64,000 bases of DNA. Origin: Nostoc sp. Lineage in GTDB: Bacteria; Cyanobacteriota; Cyanobacteriia; Cyanobacteriales; Nostocaceae. Shown here in pieces: positions 41,501 to 51,001 of this stretch; the stretch's first letter is position 1; each line of letters opens with the position of its first letter. The notes under the pieces were generated by a model. That model worked only from the letters and a program-made list of their open reading frames with translations, was not told the DNA's origin and made no database searches. The position numbers and the translations under genes are program-made. The DNA is taken from assembly GCA_036918135.1 (NCBI GenBank), contig JBALDB010000001.1, positions 32,001-96,000 of the forward strand, in the 5' to 3' direction.

Positions 41501-41543
41501 CATAGATTTTGCATTGAATGGCAACTCCAGGCAGGGTAATCAT
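35595..41543 (-). CDS. HstK-type hybrid kinase: Ser/Thr kinase - AAA ATPase - GAF - PAS x2 - HisKA_3/HATPase
   Basis: HKDINPGN, DFG, GTLAYLSPEQ, GYAGIGKS, DDLQW, LYLEN, ERNRMAREIHD, DDGRGF. Confidence 0.95.
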   Translation of the reverse strand: MITLPGVAIQCKIYESSASLVYRGIRVQNGQAIIVKMLKQDYPSPQEIKRYRQEYAITSSLNTEGVIKAYSQEDYQRTLVILLEDFGAESLDYWMRQHRENFCPMPVSTFLLLAVKLTQILGEIHAANIIHKDINPGNIVLNPNTGVVKIIDFGIATQFNRSNPTFTSPHVLEGTLAYLSPEQTGRMNRLLDYRTDFYSLGVTFYQLLTGQLPFATTDILELVHCHIAKQPIPPCEIRGVVDDSSPINSAILKDVSDIVMKLMAKNAEDRYQSAWGIKADLERCAAQLTETGQIGNIQLGLQDVCDRFHIPQKLYGREAEIAALLAAFERVAGKGNQKNVQCHIEMMLVSGYAGIGKSALVQELYKPITAKRGYFTSGKFDQFGRNVPYSAIVDALRKLVQQLLGEPDEQVQQWRSQFLTALGSNGQLLVDVIPEVELIIGKQPPVAEVGATEAQNRFNLVFLKFIRACCSPEHPLVIFLDDLQWVDSATLKLMELILSDRKIQALLLIGAYRDREVTQTHSLIATLEKLKQETVTISQIMLAPLGLGAVAQLIAETLHAHTESIAPLAELIWRKANGNPYFTNQFLKALYIEGLIVFDINQQRWQWDITHIKAKNITDNVVELIIGKLKQFPKQTQQVLSLAACVGAEFDLGTLSVICERPAVEIFAELTTVIQSELLLATSELDENLLIQNYKFSHDRVQQAAYDLIDESNRQIVHLQIGRNLLKEALAGLSDRLFEIVDHLNHGIELITNQAERDEIARLNLMAGQKAKGAIAYGTAQNYLAMGKAWLASSWQTNYNLALELYTETTEVAYLCGEFENVEHWAEAVLQNAKTVLDRVKVYEVKIQTAIAQGQLLEAIHTALQVLQQLGIRFTETPNQSNITLELNAVTSGFNHKPIQDLFHLPEMVDPQKLAAMRILSRITLVAYHLTSDLAPLLVLKQVNLSIQYGNTFVSPFAYANLGLIFCGMLGRIEAGYEFGQLALKLLSNLDIRSLKARTLFIVTNFIIHWQEHIKETSKPFLEAYQCGLETGDLEFAAYSAFTYCLQSFFVGKELLEVEREMATYTEAIRQINQRTSLTWIQIFRQSVLNLMGRSLDPLRLVGESYNEEKRPAHHETDGVILFLVHLNKLILCYLFSEYTQASENAIVAEDYLIRVAATPHVPLYYFYSALARLAVYSESDTQVQQEILKEVAVSQKKMRLWADRAPMNYLHKYHLVQAETARVLGQLLEAEEFYEQAIQGAKENEYIQEEALAYELAAKFYLARGREKFAQLYMKEAHYCYQRWGATAKVKDLETRYPQFFPNSLGIANTPIPTTTGTTLNTPSIAFDLATVMKTSQAISSEIELDRLLHSLMQILIENAGAQTGCLLLENAGEWKIEAACELNEGEQVCTTRVMRSMPMADRLPKSIIQYAIRTHESVILNNATREGNFISEPYIQRHQTQSILCLPLLNQSKLVGVLYLENQLATGVFTPERSQLLNLLSTQAAIAIENAKLYSNLQKSESRIAQFLEAVPVAIAVLDARGHPYYANQRRIQLVGKGVDPAVTPERFAEVYQFYRAGTNEIYPSDQLPIVRALSGERITVDDMEIRRNDITIPIEAWGTPVFDEQGDVAYAIVAFQDITERRRAEKLLTEYNLTLELQVAERTAALQQSEAELRDREQELRLIADALPVLIGYVDANRCYQFINRTYEVWFNRSRNEILGNPVRQLLGEAVYQRFEPYIDRVFEGQTVPLEAEIPFPFGKRCISATLIPDFDDNAQVRGFYSLIADISDRKLAEAASILEERNRMAREIHDTLAQSFTGILLQVGAATQVLTDDPEATQVHLEMIEELARAGLAGARRSVSALRPRLLEEGNLESALHRIVAQMRSTTDTAVICETQGTAYSLPTEVENNLLRIGQEALTNAIKHACASEIRVELVYNETQCILRVKDDGRGFGVGCIPLSGGFGLLGMSERAERISAQLAIQSQPGQGTEIIVTSNRE

Positions 41544-41699
41544 CCAACTCTCTCCTGAGGTAGGACATAAGCATACTGCAAATTATATTATGGTATTGAA
41601 CCGAGATACGCGATGTGAAACTTGTGCGTAGAAGCAGTAGTATATTTTACTGAAGAGTCGTTTCCTCCTGGGGTTCCTTCCTCTCAGTTCCCACAAAAA

Positions 41700-41825
41700 C
41701 TAACTTTTTACGGGAAGTACCAAAACCCTTATCAAGGCTAGGATAGGATGTAGAGAAAATAAGAAAGTCTTACAACACCCCATACCCCACACCTCGCTCC
41801 TTTTCCACATAGCGTGAAAAGTCAG
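41700..41825. mobile_element. Possible MITE-like element
   Basis: Ends CTAACTTTTTACG / CGTGAAAAGTCAG (11/13 inverted match). Confidence 0.4.
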
Positions 41826-42713
41826 CCACATAAAAAGGTCACAGACAATTCATAATAGATTCAGATAAAGTACCTTTTGTCAATCAGTTAAAATACCCAA
41901 AATAATCTTAATAAGAATGATAATTGTGCGGGAGGGGAAGAAGCTGAACAAAGCTCGCCTTCTTGCCCTCTATTTAATTATCATTATCATTTAGCCTGTT
42001 GACAGATCAGGGCAAACGCATCTTGTAAACAAGAGTAGTTCATTATCAATAAACTTTTAAATAATCGTATTAAGCATAGCTTATTTACTTATTACTAAGT
42101 TTTTATTATTACTGTTTTCTACTCAGATGATAAAGAAGCGATCGCTATAAATCTAATTCTTTGATTGGTTACATGGGTTCAGCTTTTTGTCAATATATTT
42201 TTGTAAAATTTTAGATGCGTTCGCCCTGGTTGCTGCAAGAGCCAAGATAATATCTAGCTGAGTGTTTTGTTGTCCCTAAAGGCGTGGACAGCCTTAGAGG
42301 ATGTCTGAAAAGTTTTTGATAGGTGATTTTAATCACGTAAGCTATTTGAGCATCAACTGAATCATAGCAATGTAAACAAAAGTTTCTGTAGTTTCCGGCA
42401 AGATTTCATAATCTTTAGTTAATCGCTGACACCCTTCGGGTGACGCTCCTGCGTGGCTAACGCTGCACTAACGCTAGTCACGGATGTGCTTATCAGAAGT
42501 GATGACAATAGTCATTGCCAATCATTGCAGCGGTTATAAGTAGGTAGGCGTAAATAAATATAAAGGACGTGTAAGACCTTCCTAAGTTAGGAGCGGCGCT
42601 TTTTGCCGTAGACACGAAGTGGCTTGTCGTCAGACATCCGAACTTCTCTCCATCTTACAAAACTAACAAAATCAACTTTTAAAATCTGTAACACCAAAAT
42701 CAGGTTGATTAAC

Positions 42714-44006
42714 TTAACGAATGCCATCATTATCAATTGCACTGTAGCTATCACTGGGGAAAAGCCCTAACCAAGGGTCAGAACTAGGAGTTAAAAAGAG
42801 TTGGGCATATACTTGCTGATTGAGTGCTTCCACAGTCTTTGTTTGGTTACCCTGTATAAACCATTGATGAATTTGGCTATGCAGTATATATTCATTTCTG
42901 ACTGTATCTAAAGCCATTGCTGCTTCAAAATTTTTGATTATTATCGGTAAATTATCTTTTGAAGTGTTGGCAGACTGAGACTTTTTAGCTCTAATTAAAG
43001 AAATGCTGTTTTGGTCTAACTTGGCATCGCTAGCATAGAGTTGAGCAATTTTATTCCAAGCTTCTTGGTCGGTAATTTCAGCTAAAGCCTTTTGATTAGG
43101 TTTAGTATCAGACTGGAGGGCACTCAATATAGGCCTTTCAACTATCATTTTAGAAATTGCTAAAGAGCTTGCGGTTTCTGCTGTCGGTGGCTGAGTGGAA
43201 TTATTAGGAAATTCTACTAATTTAGGGGGAGACTGGATACCCAAACGAGATAAATCTGCAAGCCATTGGGCTTGGATAGAATTGTACCGATCGCTGTGGT
43301 ATTTTTTTAAAAAAGCCTTGCGAGCAGTTGGTGTCAGTTTACTATAATTTTTTGCTGCTACTTCAGCCTGCTCTAGCTGACGCAAAAATGTTTTAGGACT
43401 ATATAATCCTGGAATTGCATCAATTGGACGACCTGAGGCATCTAATATATAGTGAATGCTATTGCCTGTAATTGTCCGCTCCAACTTACGTCCGTCACCG
43501 AAATCAATTGTTACTTTGGGTACAGGACGTACTGATTCCCAGTGCAAAATGAAGCGGTCTTGAAGTACTTTAGAAATCTCACTATTCGCATACAGCGCTA
43601 CCCTAAAGAATCTACTATTAGCACAACTCAAATCCCGATCGAGTCTGCCCAGTAACCGCAGAGATAAAATGGGTTTACCACTGGTTCTGGCAGCAGCTTT
43701 GGCTTGTTCTATGTCGGTGTACCAGTACAAACGAGAAGCGTAACAGTCCCGTTGTTGGCAGAGTTCGTCTAAAGCCATCCGGAGTGCAGCAGAAGGTAGA
43801 ACTGCACCTGAAGAATAAGTGTTTAGCTTATTAGCATGGGATTTGAGAAATATCTGTAACCCATTTGGCCCTTGTTTACGAAGCACAGAAACTTCTTGAG
43901 ATAGCTTGGAAGTTTCAGTTACCGGAGTTTGAGCATTAGCTGTCTGTAAGAGTGTTAGGCTAACTAGCATGAGTACGAAGGGACTTTTGAAGATGCTAAA
44001 TTTCAT
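42714..44006 (-). CDS. Secreted hypothetical protein with thioredoxin-like segment
   Basis: Signal peptide; WYTDIEQAKAAARTSGKPIL...LGRLDRDLSCANSR. Confidence 0.75.
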   Translation of the reverse strand: MKFSIFKSPFVLMLVSLTLLQTANAQTPVTETSKLSQEVSVLRKQGPNGLQIFLKSHANKLNTYSSGAVLPSAALRMALDELCQQRDCYASRLYWYTDIEQAKAAARTSGKPILSLRLLGRLDRDLSCANSRFFRVALYANSEISKVLQDRFILHWESVRPVPKVTIDFGDGRKLERTITGNSIHYILDASGRPIDAIPGLYSPKTFLRQLEQAEVAAKNYSKLTPTARKAFLKKYHSDRYNSIQAQWLADLSRLGIQSPPKLVEFPNNSTQPPTAETASSLAISKMIVERPILSALQSDTKPNQKALAEITDQEAWNKIAQLYASDAKLDQNSISLIRAKKSQSANTSKDNLPIIIKNFEAAMALDTVRNEYILHSQIHQWFIQGNQTKTVEALNQQVYAQLFLTPSSDPWLGLFPSDSYSAIDNDGIR

Positions 44007-44516
44007 AAATTTCTAAAAGGATAGAGATGTGGGTGTCGCCATTACTAACTAGAAAACTCAGTCTAATTTTTAAGAATAAATAAATGCTGAAAAGTTTTTA
44101 ATGGGGATGGTATCCATAAGCTCACAAGCAAATAATTTTCTCAGTATTTACCTAACAAGCTTAGATTTATATCTGTCCTTAAACACATACACGTATTCAT
44201 TTACAGAAAATACTTTACCAAAATTATAATTTATTAATAATTAAATATATTAAATTTTTATTTTAATTTATTAAATCTCCAAAAAATAGCTTCGGCAATG
44301 AAAATTTATTTTTAGAAAATCAGTAATATTTCTGTTTCAAATTTGAGTAAATATAATTAAATTATTAATATTCTCAATTGCGCGAGTTTCTATTAAAGGT
44401 GAAAAATAGGTAACAGGATTGTTTGGAGAGCGCAGAAAATTATTTGAGAAAAATAGCGGTTTTCTGAGAGATGGAAAAATCCAAGCTCTAGAAGCTTTGA
44501 ATATTTATTAAAAAAT

Positions 44517-44843
44517 TTGAAAAACCCCATGTCCAAATATATTTCTCATTTCCTAATACTGGCATTAGGAACAGTTTTAACCTGTATTGTTACTCCATGT
44601 GATGCTCAAACTGTGGTAAAATCTGATAGTCAAAATACTAATAATATTAGTTCTATATCTTCAAGTTCTCCTTCTACTAACCAATTGCACAATTCGCTCA
44701 ATTCTACTAATAATAAACAGACTATTGTTTCTGAGACAGTTAGTAACTCTTCTGCTCCTAAGTCGAATATAACTGCAACTCAGGCTCAACTACGAATTCC
44801 TATATTTAGTAGAATTTTTCGCTCACCTTTGATGCAGCAGTAA
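44517..44843 (+). CDS. Secreted Ser/Asn-rich hypothetical protein
   Basis: Signal peptide, low-complexity body, C-terminal RIPIFSRIF. Confidence 0.6.
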   Translation: MKNPMSKYISHFLILALGTVLTCIVTPCDAQTVVKSDSQNTNNISSISSSSPSTNQLHNSLNSTNNKQTIVSETVSNSSAPKSNITATQAQLRIPIFSRIFRSPLMQQ

Positions 44844-44889
44844 TCCAAATAATCATCAAAAAACTGCTGAGTCACTGTTCGTTCCTGGT

Positions 44890-45057
44890 GTCATCGCAAC
44901 TTTGGTCAAAGCATAAACAAAGCCACAAGCAAAGGGTACAACGTCACTGTTGAGGCTGCCAATGTTGATGATTCGTCCGCCCTCACTCATGTGGCGGATA
45001 GCCTCTTGAGTGAGGGCAAAAATGCGCTTGATGTTACTCGCAACAAGTCAGTCAAAA
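44890..45057 (-). pseudogene. Internal fragment of an SDR oxidoreductase
   Basis: TQEAIRHMSEGGRIINIGS...VYALTK. Confidence 0.65.
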
Positions 45058-45231
45058 TAATGTAATTTAATGACGCTCCTAATCGCTAAGGTTACGTAGG
45101 AGCGTCATTACAAATTAGTAATTATTCAGTCATCATCAGCCAAACCTTTGGCGGTCGCTACCCTAGCCCACCTTCCCTGTAAGTTTCCTTACCATCATTG
45201 GCTTGTAAGTCTAAATATACTATTATTATGC

Positions 45232-45969
45232 TCAACGATAGGCAATGCGGAGACTTTGGACTAAAATCACCCCAGATGCGATCGCCATTAATCCACCCCA
45301 AAACCAGTAAGGTAAAAGTAAATACCGCTGTATTTGTGCTGTATCTGAGAGTCCAAGGGGGCCAGCAGAGCTACTAAATAAATAATCTAGTTGGTGGTAT
45401 GTACTCACACAAGCTTGTACGCCCAAAAATTGAATGCTGAACCCTTGTGCCCAACGAGGTGCTTTCAAAGCGATACCTAAAATTATTAAACCCAACAAAG
45501 GAATTGCCACCAGCCCAAACCAAGAACGCACCCAAATTAATGTAGACAACAGCAAAAAACTCCCTAAAATTTTCAAACTCAGGGAAGCTGCTTTAAAACT
45601 ACGGGAAGCCAGAATCAATGCTGCACCAGCAAGAGGTGGCCCCATTGGCCCTGCTGCTGCAACTAAAGCAGGGCCAATTGGCCCCAATGATGACCGAATA
45701 CCATAAGTTGCAACACCAGAACCATTGCTAAAAATCTGCAATTTTTGAAACTGTCCTCCTAATAGGAGTGCCATTAAACCGTGACCCATTTCATGAAACC
45801 AAGTTGCCAAGATTGTAAATGGGTATAAGATATAATCTCCTGCTGGAACTTGCCATAATAAAGCAGTGGCGATCGCCGCTGCAATTAGCCACTTTAACCC
45901 CATACGTTCAATAACTGGTGGAGCTTCTCTGGTCACTAAATTTTTATAATTTTTACTTGGTTCTTTCAT
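45232..45969 (-). CDS. M50B family membrane metallopeptidase
   Basis: WFHEMGH, AAGP, SD..Q motifs; multiple TM segments. Confidence 0.85.
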   Translation of the reverse strand: MKEPSKNYKNLVTREAPPVIERMGLKWLIAAAIATALLWQVPAGDYILYPFTILATWFHEMGHGLMALLLGGQFQKLQIFSNGSGVATYGIRSSLGPIGPALVAAAGPMGPPLAGAALILASRSFKAASLSLKILGSFLLLSTLIWVRSWFGLVAIPLLGLIILGIALKAPRWAQGFSIQFLGVQACVSTYHQLDYLFSSSAGPLGLSDTAQIQRYLLLPYWFWGGLMAIASGVILVQSLRIAYR

Positions 45970-46198
45970 AAATAACTCAATTTTAAATTTTACATTAGAA
46001 TTTAGAACTCAGGAGTCATATCATGTTAGGATGAATGCTTATAATATTAATTCGTTAGATATTCTCTTGATTCTTTAACTATTATGGCTCCTGAATTCTT
46101 CTAAATTTAGATTTTAGATTTTGTCTTCAATTGTAAATCCGTTTTGAAAAGTTGAGCCACTGCGTTAAAGAGGTCTGCCGGACTCAAAGCAGGTGGCA

Positions 46199-46225
46199 TC
46201 TGAGCGCCGGAAGTCGGCGCTCAGA
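46199..46225 (-). terminator. GC-rich hairpin downstream of fraH
   Basis: TCTGAGCGCCG-GAAGT-CGGCGCTCAGA. Confidence 0.5.
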
Positions 46226-46262
46226 CTTGCCGCAAAATTCAAAATTTAAAATTGCCAATCAG

Positions 46263-47141
46263 CTAAGCAAGTTGAAACAGGAATGTCATCAAGTCTCCTT
46301 TGCCCAAACTAATGCGATCGCCTGGTCGTAAACGGTGACGATTCCCTGGTGAGAGGGGCAAATTATTAATGTATGTTCCATTAGAACTTCCCACATCTTC
46401 GACATAGTGAGCGTCTCCTTCAACACGAATATCTGCATGAATGCGGGAGACAATTTCTGAATTGGGAAATCCCGAAACATCAACATCTGGAGGAATCCGG
46501 TCATTAGGCTTGCCGATATGAATTACAGACAGATTTTGCGGCAATTCAATTAACCTATCAGTTTGAACGTGGACTAACCGCGCATTCACTTGCTGTAATT
46601 GAGTTCTAGCAGCAGTTACCGTTGGTGGTGCTGGTGGAGTTACTTCTACTTCAGCTTGTGAGGCTGGTGCTGGTTCTAGAGGTGGTGGTGTCGGAATACC
46701 TTGGCTAGATACCACAGGCTCAGCTGCAACAGTTGGTGGTGGTGTTGGAGGGCTGTTTTCTGAAACAGATGGCTCTGACGGAGTTGCTGGAGGAACCGCC
46801 ACCGCTGTTGGTGGTAAAGATGAGTTAACCGGAGGATGGGAGTTAGCAGTGCTAATTCCCAAGGCATCTGGTTGTAAAAGTTCTACTAGGGGATCGGGTG
46901 TAACTAACGGGGGTACTTCTACGGACATATCGGGAGTCACTGTTGCAGCCACTGGGGCGTGAACGTGTGGAACTGCTGCTGAGTGCAAGTTATAGCCACA
47001 CTGACCGCAGAATGCAGCATCTGCCTGCACCGTTGCCCCACAACTGGGACAGTGAGTAGTTGCTGGTAACGGCGTATAGCAAGCTTCACACTGGACAGCG
47101 CCGTCAGGATTGGGATGATTGCAATTAGGGCAGACGATCAT
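46263..47141 (-). CDS. fraH: Filament integrity protein FraH (double zinc ribbon, Pro-rich linker, FHA)
   Basis: MIVCPNCNHPN...CEAC...CPSC...CGQC; VSRIHA, SSNGTY; adjacent to pgl. Confidence 0.85.
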   Translation of the reverse strand: MIVCPNCNHPNPDGAVQCEACYTPLPATTHCPSCGATVQADAAFCGQCGYNLHSAAVPHVHAPVAATVTPDMSVEVPPLVTPDPLVELLQPDALGISTANSHPPVNSSLPPTAVAVPPATPSEPSVSENSPPTPPPTVAAEPVVSSQGIPTPPPLEPAPASQAEVEVTPPAPPTVTAARTQLQQVNARLVHVQTDRLIELPQNLSVIHIGKPNDRIPPDVDVSGFPNSEIVSRIHADIRVEGDAHYVEDVGSSNGTYINNLPLSPGNRHRLRPGDRISLGKGDLMTFLFQLA

Positions 47142-47508
47142 CGGTTTTAGCCTTTGTTCAAGAGCATCATAAAATAAGGTAAGCTGTCGCGCATCTAACG
47201 CCGCACATCTTTTCGTGTTGGCTGTTAACTGTTGACAGTTGAGAGTTAACCGTCAGCACTCAACGAACTTAGGAAGTGACTGTGCAGTTTGAAAGCGTAA
47301 TAGCTTAGAACTGGCAAGCTCCAGGGGCGGCCTTAGCTTTCGATTGTAGCAATTACTTTTGAGGAGATGGAAAGACACGGGGATACGGGAACACGGGAGA
47401 TGGGGGATGGGAGTAATGAGGGAAGATGAGGGGCAAACAAAAGGCACAATTTCTAACTGAACACTCTCTGTTTGCCCAATACCCCTCTGCCCCTTTGCCT
47501 TTTATTTG

Positions 47509-48231
47509 TTAAGGTTTGAGTTCCAAACCTGCTGCTGCATCCAACAGCCACCAAAGTTCTCCTTGGGGCTGAATTAAACGGGATGGGTAAGTGAAGTCAT
47601 CGGCTACAGGTGCAAAGACTTGCGCTAAAGCTGGTCTTTTGTTAGCACCAGCAACTAGAAAAATCACGCTACGAGCAGAGTTGATGAAGGGGTATGTAAA
47701 ACTTATCCGTAGGTTTCCGTTTTTATTTCCCACAGTAACCAAGCGATCGCGTACTTTGAGAGCCTCTGTGTAGGGAAACAAAGATGCGGTATGTGCATCA
47801 TCACCCATCCCTAGCAATATTACATCCAACACGGGAAACTCCACCCCAGAAGAATTGAAAAATTCTTTTAGATGCTGTTCATACTTAGTAGCAGCCAAGG
47901 CTGGATCGGCTTCTAAAGTCGGTACAGGGTGAATGTTAGCAGCTGGGATGTCAACATGATTTAGCCATGCACGACGCGTCATCAGTTCATTGCTATCGGG
48001 GTGATCTGGTGGTACAAAACGTTCATCCCCCCAAAATATATGAATTTTATCCCAAGGCAACTTTTGATTAGCGATCGCTTCGTATAACGGCTTAGGTGTA
48101 CTGCCGCCTGATAAAGCGATGGTAAATCGCCCCCGCTGCTCAATGGCTGTTTCTAACTTGGACAGGATTAATTCTAGCGCTCTTGCAACCAGCGCTGGCT
48201 GATCCGGTAGAACTTCAACCGTTTTGTTCAT
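47509..48231 (-). CDS. pgl: 6-phosphogluconolactonase
   Basis: ALSGGSTP, FWGDER, LGMGDDAHTASLFP. Confidence 0.95.
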   Translation of the reverse strand: MNKTVEVLPDQPALVARALELILSKLETAIEQRGRFTIALSGGSTPKPLYEAIANQKLPWDKIHIFWGDERFVPPDHPDSNELMTRRAWLNHVDIPAANIHPVPTLEADPALAATKYEQHLKEFFNSSGVEFPVLDVILLGMGDDAHTASLFPYTEALKVRDRLVTVGNKNGNLRISFTYPFINSARSVIFLVAGANKRPALAQVFAPVADDFTYPSRLIQPQGELWWLLDAAAGLELKP

Positions 48232-48617
48232 AGCTTCATCATCATATTGCTGGCTTCCAGCAATACAATACCGAACTTCTGACAATTTTCCTTTTTAACT
48301 TTTGAAACATTTAACATAGCGTTGAGTGTTGACTGTTGACTGGTGAGTAGGAAAGAAATATTTTTATGCCCTCGTTATTACATGAGCGTCTAGCTTGAAT
48401 AAACGTAGGCACACTTTATTACCTTCACGAGTAAGTTCTCAGTAGTCAGTTGTACTAACTACTAAATATTGTCGTCATTATTACTTTTATTTACACCCAG
48501 TTATTTCATACTTTCTTGATCGATTGTAAAAGGAAAAATTTCTTAAAAATTAACAAAAATTCCTAAAAATCATTAATTGCTTCATTTTGGCTAGTTCTAA
48601 ATTAGGACAATAACATA

Positions 48618-49364
48618 TTAATAATTACCCACAAATAGTTCTTCCCAGTCAGCGATCGCTTGGCGTTGAGCGATTAACAATTGCTCAATTCCTTTCTGGG
48701 CGACATCTAGCAGTTGATTCAACTGACCACGGCTAAAGCTACCTTCTTCAGCTGTTCCCTGGACTTCAATAATTTCTAGATGTTGATTCATCACCACATT
48801 AAAATCTACTGTTGCAGCCACATCTTCTAGATAATTTAGATCTAAAAATGGCTCTTTCTCCAGTAATCCTACGGAAACGGCTGCTATCTGTCCGCATAAG
48901 GGCGATCTCTCTAGTATTCCTTGGTGTAACAATTTAGAAATGGCATGAGCCAAGGCAACAAAAGAACCTGTAATCGCTGTTGTTCTAGTTCCAGCATCAG
49001 CCTGCAACACATCAGCATCTACAGTTAGCGTATGTTCTCCCAGTGCCTCAAAATTGACTGCGGCGCGTAAGCTACGTCCGATTAAACGTTGAATTTCTTG
49101 CGTCCGTCCAGATAACTTCAACAATTCTCTTTCTTGCCGTTTTTGTGTTGCAGATGGTAGCATTCGGTACTCAGCGGTTAACCAGCCCTTACCAGTTCCT
49201 TCAAGAAACTTGGGAACTCCCTTAGCCACGCTAACGGTACAAAGTACCTGAGTATCACCGCATCTTGCCAGAACCGAACCAGGAGCAAAGTGGGTGAAAC
49301 TAGGATAAAAGCTGAACGGACGTAATTCGTTAGGAAGACGACCGTCTGAACGCTGCCAAGCCAT
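48618..49364 (-). CDS. rph: Ribonuclease PH
   Basis: [38 protein letters not shown]. Confidence 0.95.
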   Translation of the reverse strand: MAWQRSDGRLPNELRPFSFYPSFTHFAPGSVLARCGDTQVLCTVSVAKGVPKFLEGTGKGWLTAEYRMLPSATQKRQERELLKLSGRTQEIQRLIGRSLRAAVNFEALGEHTLTVDADVLQADAGTRTTAITGSFVALAHAISKLLHQGILERSPLCGQIAAVSVGLLEKEPFLDLNYLEDVAATVDFNVVMNQHLEIIEVQGTAEEGSFSRGQLNQLLDVAQKGIEQLLIAQRQAIADWEELFVGNY

Positions 49365-49441
49365 TGGAGTTGCCTCAAGATTTTTAGATGAAATATACTG
49401 CCTTAAGGTTACCTCAGTGGGGTATTGACCAATACTGGTCT

Positions 49442-50065
49442 CTAAGGAACTGAAAGCAAAGTCAAAATATTTTGTAGCACCATCTCTGGTGATTGGTCGC
49501 CATTGACGGTTAATAGGCAGCGACGACGATCGTAATATTCTAAGATGGGGATGGTGCGATCGTAAAATAATTCTACACGCCGCTGTACGATTTCTGGTTG
49601 GTCATCTGGTAGCGATCGCCCCAAAGATCGGCTAACCATTACTGCTTCTGGAACTTGTAGATAAATCGCCCAATCTAGCTTTTGTCCTAAATCATCCAAT
49701 AAAAAATCTAATTCTTCGGCTTGATAGGCAGTACGGGGATAGCCCTCCAATACCCAAGTGTAGTTAATATCTGATTGTCCCAGACGAATTCGGATCAATT
49801 CAACAATCATTTCGTCTGGGACTAATTCCCCTTTTTCTACGTATGGGCGTGCGTGGTAGCCTAATTCACTTAAGCTAGCATAAACAGAAAGATAAGTCCG
49901 GGGATCGGCTTGCGACCATTGAAAGTTCGGTAGCGGTTTGTTACCGGATATGGCTTCCCGTAAAATTTCACCTGTAGAAATCAGAGGAATATCAAAGTAT
50001 CTGCAAAGCCTTTGTGCTTGAGTACTTTTACCCGATCCTGAACCTCCCAGAATCACTAATCTCAC
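49442..50065 (-). CDS. adk: Adenylate kinase family protein with insertion
   Basis: [27 protein letters not shown]. Confidence 0.85.
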   Translation of the reverse strand: MRLVILGGSGSGKSTQAQRLCRYFDIPLISTGEILREAISGNKPLPNFQWSQADPRTYLSVYASLSELGYHARPYVEKGELVPDEMIVELIRIRLGQSDINYTWVLEGYPRTAYQAEELDFLLDDLGQKLDWAIYLQVPEAVMVSRSLGRSLPDDQPEIVQRRVELFYDRTIPILEYYDRRRCLLTVNGDQSPEMVLQNILTLLSVP

Positions 50066-50408
50066 AACAATTCACTCCTCATCCTGTCAAATTTATTACT
50101 TCATAACTCTGTTTTATCGAAACAACCGGAAAATCGAATACATAGGGACTTTCAGTTGCTAATTCCAGCTTTTTTAAGCGATTGTAACTTTAACTTATTT
50201 GTTATCATTTTTACGACTAGTTTCCGAGAAAAAACGAAAATTTCAATCAAAATAACTCTTGACTTCTGAATAAGGGTAGTGGTTGACTAAGAATGCAATT
50301 TGCTAAATCCACTACACCTGTGAAAAACAGATTGATTATACAGGCACATTCATCAGAACTTACTTTAGTAAAAGCCTGTAATTCATTGTAATTTTTTGAA
50401 CTTTATAT

Positions 50409-50945
50409 ATGGTTGCCCAGTTAGAAACATCAAGTATAAATTCGACCCTTACATTACCATATCCAGTAGAAGGAATAGTGCAAGTTTTTACTAGCTCTTA
50501 TCGAAACTTTTTTACAAGTGTAATGGCTCAAACATTGAGAATCGCTGGACAAGGAACGTCAGTATTGATAGTACAGTTTCTCAAAGGGGGTATTCGTCAA
50601 GGACAAGAACGACCTATACAACTAGGACAAAATTTAGATTGGATTCGCTGTGATTTACCACGTTGTATTGATACACCCCATCTCGACGATACAGAAAACC
50701 AAGCCTTACAAAAGCTGTGGCAGTATACACAACAGGTGGTGTATGAGAGTAAGTATTCTCTCGTTGTTTTAGATGAGTTAAGTTTAGCGATTAATTTTGG
50801 TTTAATTTCAGAAAGCGAAGTTTTAGCCTTTCTGGCAAAACGCCCTCCTCATATCGATATCATTCTCACAGGCCCAGAGATGCCAAAATCTCTGTTAGGT
50901 GTAGCAGATCAAATTACAGAAATTCGTCGCAGTCATCGACCCTAA
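50409..50945 (+). CDS. CobA/BtuR adenosyltransferase-like protein with degenerate P-loop
   Basis: VQFLKG, VVLDE and ILTG motifs; GxGKGK absent. Confidence 0.75.
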   Translation: MVAQLETSSINSTLTLPYPVEGIVQVFTSSYRNFFTSVMAQTLRIAGQGTSVLIVQFLKGGIRQGQERPIQLGQNLDWIRCDLPRCIDTPHLDDTENQALQKLWQYTQQVVYESKYSLVVLDELSLAINFGLISESEVLAFLAKRPPHIDIILTGPEMPKSLLGVADQITEIRRSHRP

Positions 50946-51001
50946 ACAAAATACTCAGTTCAGGATATCCTAGTAATTTGGTTTGAATTAGCTGTGAACT
51001 T

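Noticed and set aside
16298..41543. Prophage, ICE or natural-product gene cluster
   Set aside because: No integrase, structural, conjugation, NRPS/PKS or RiPP genes.
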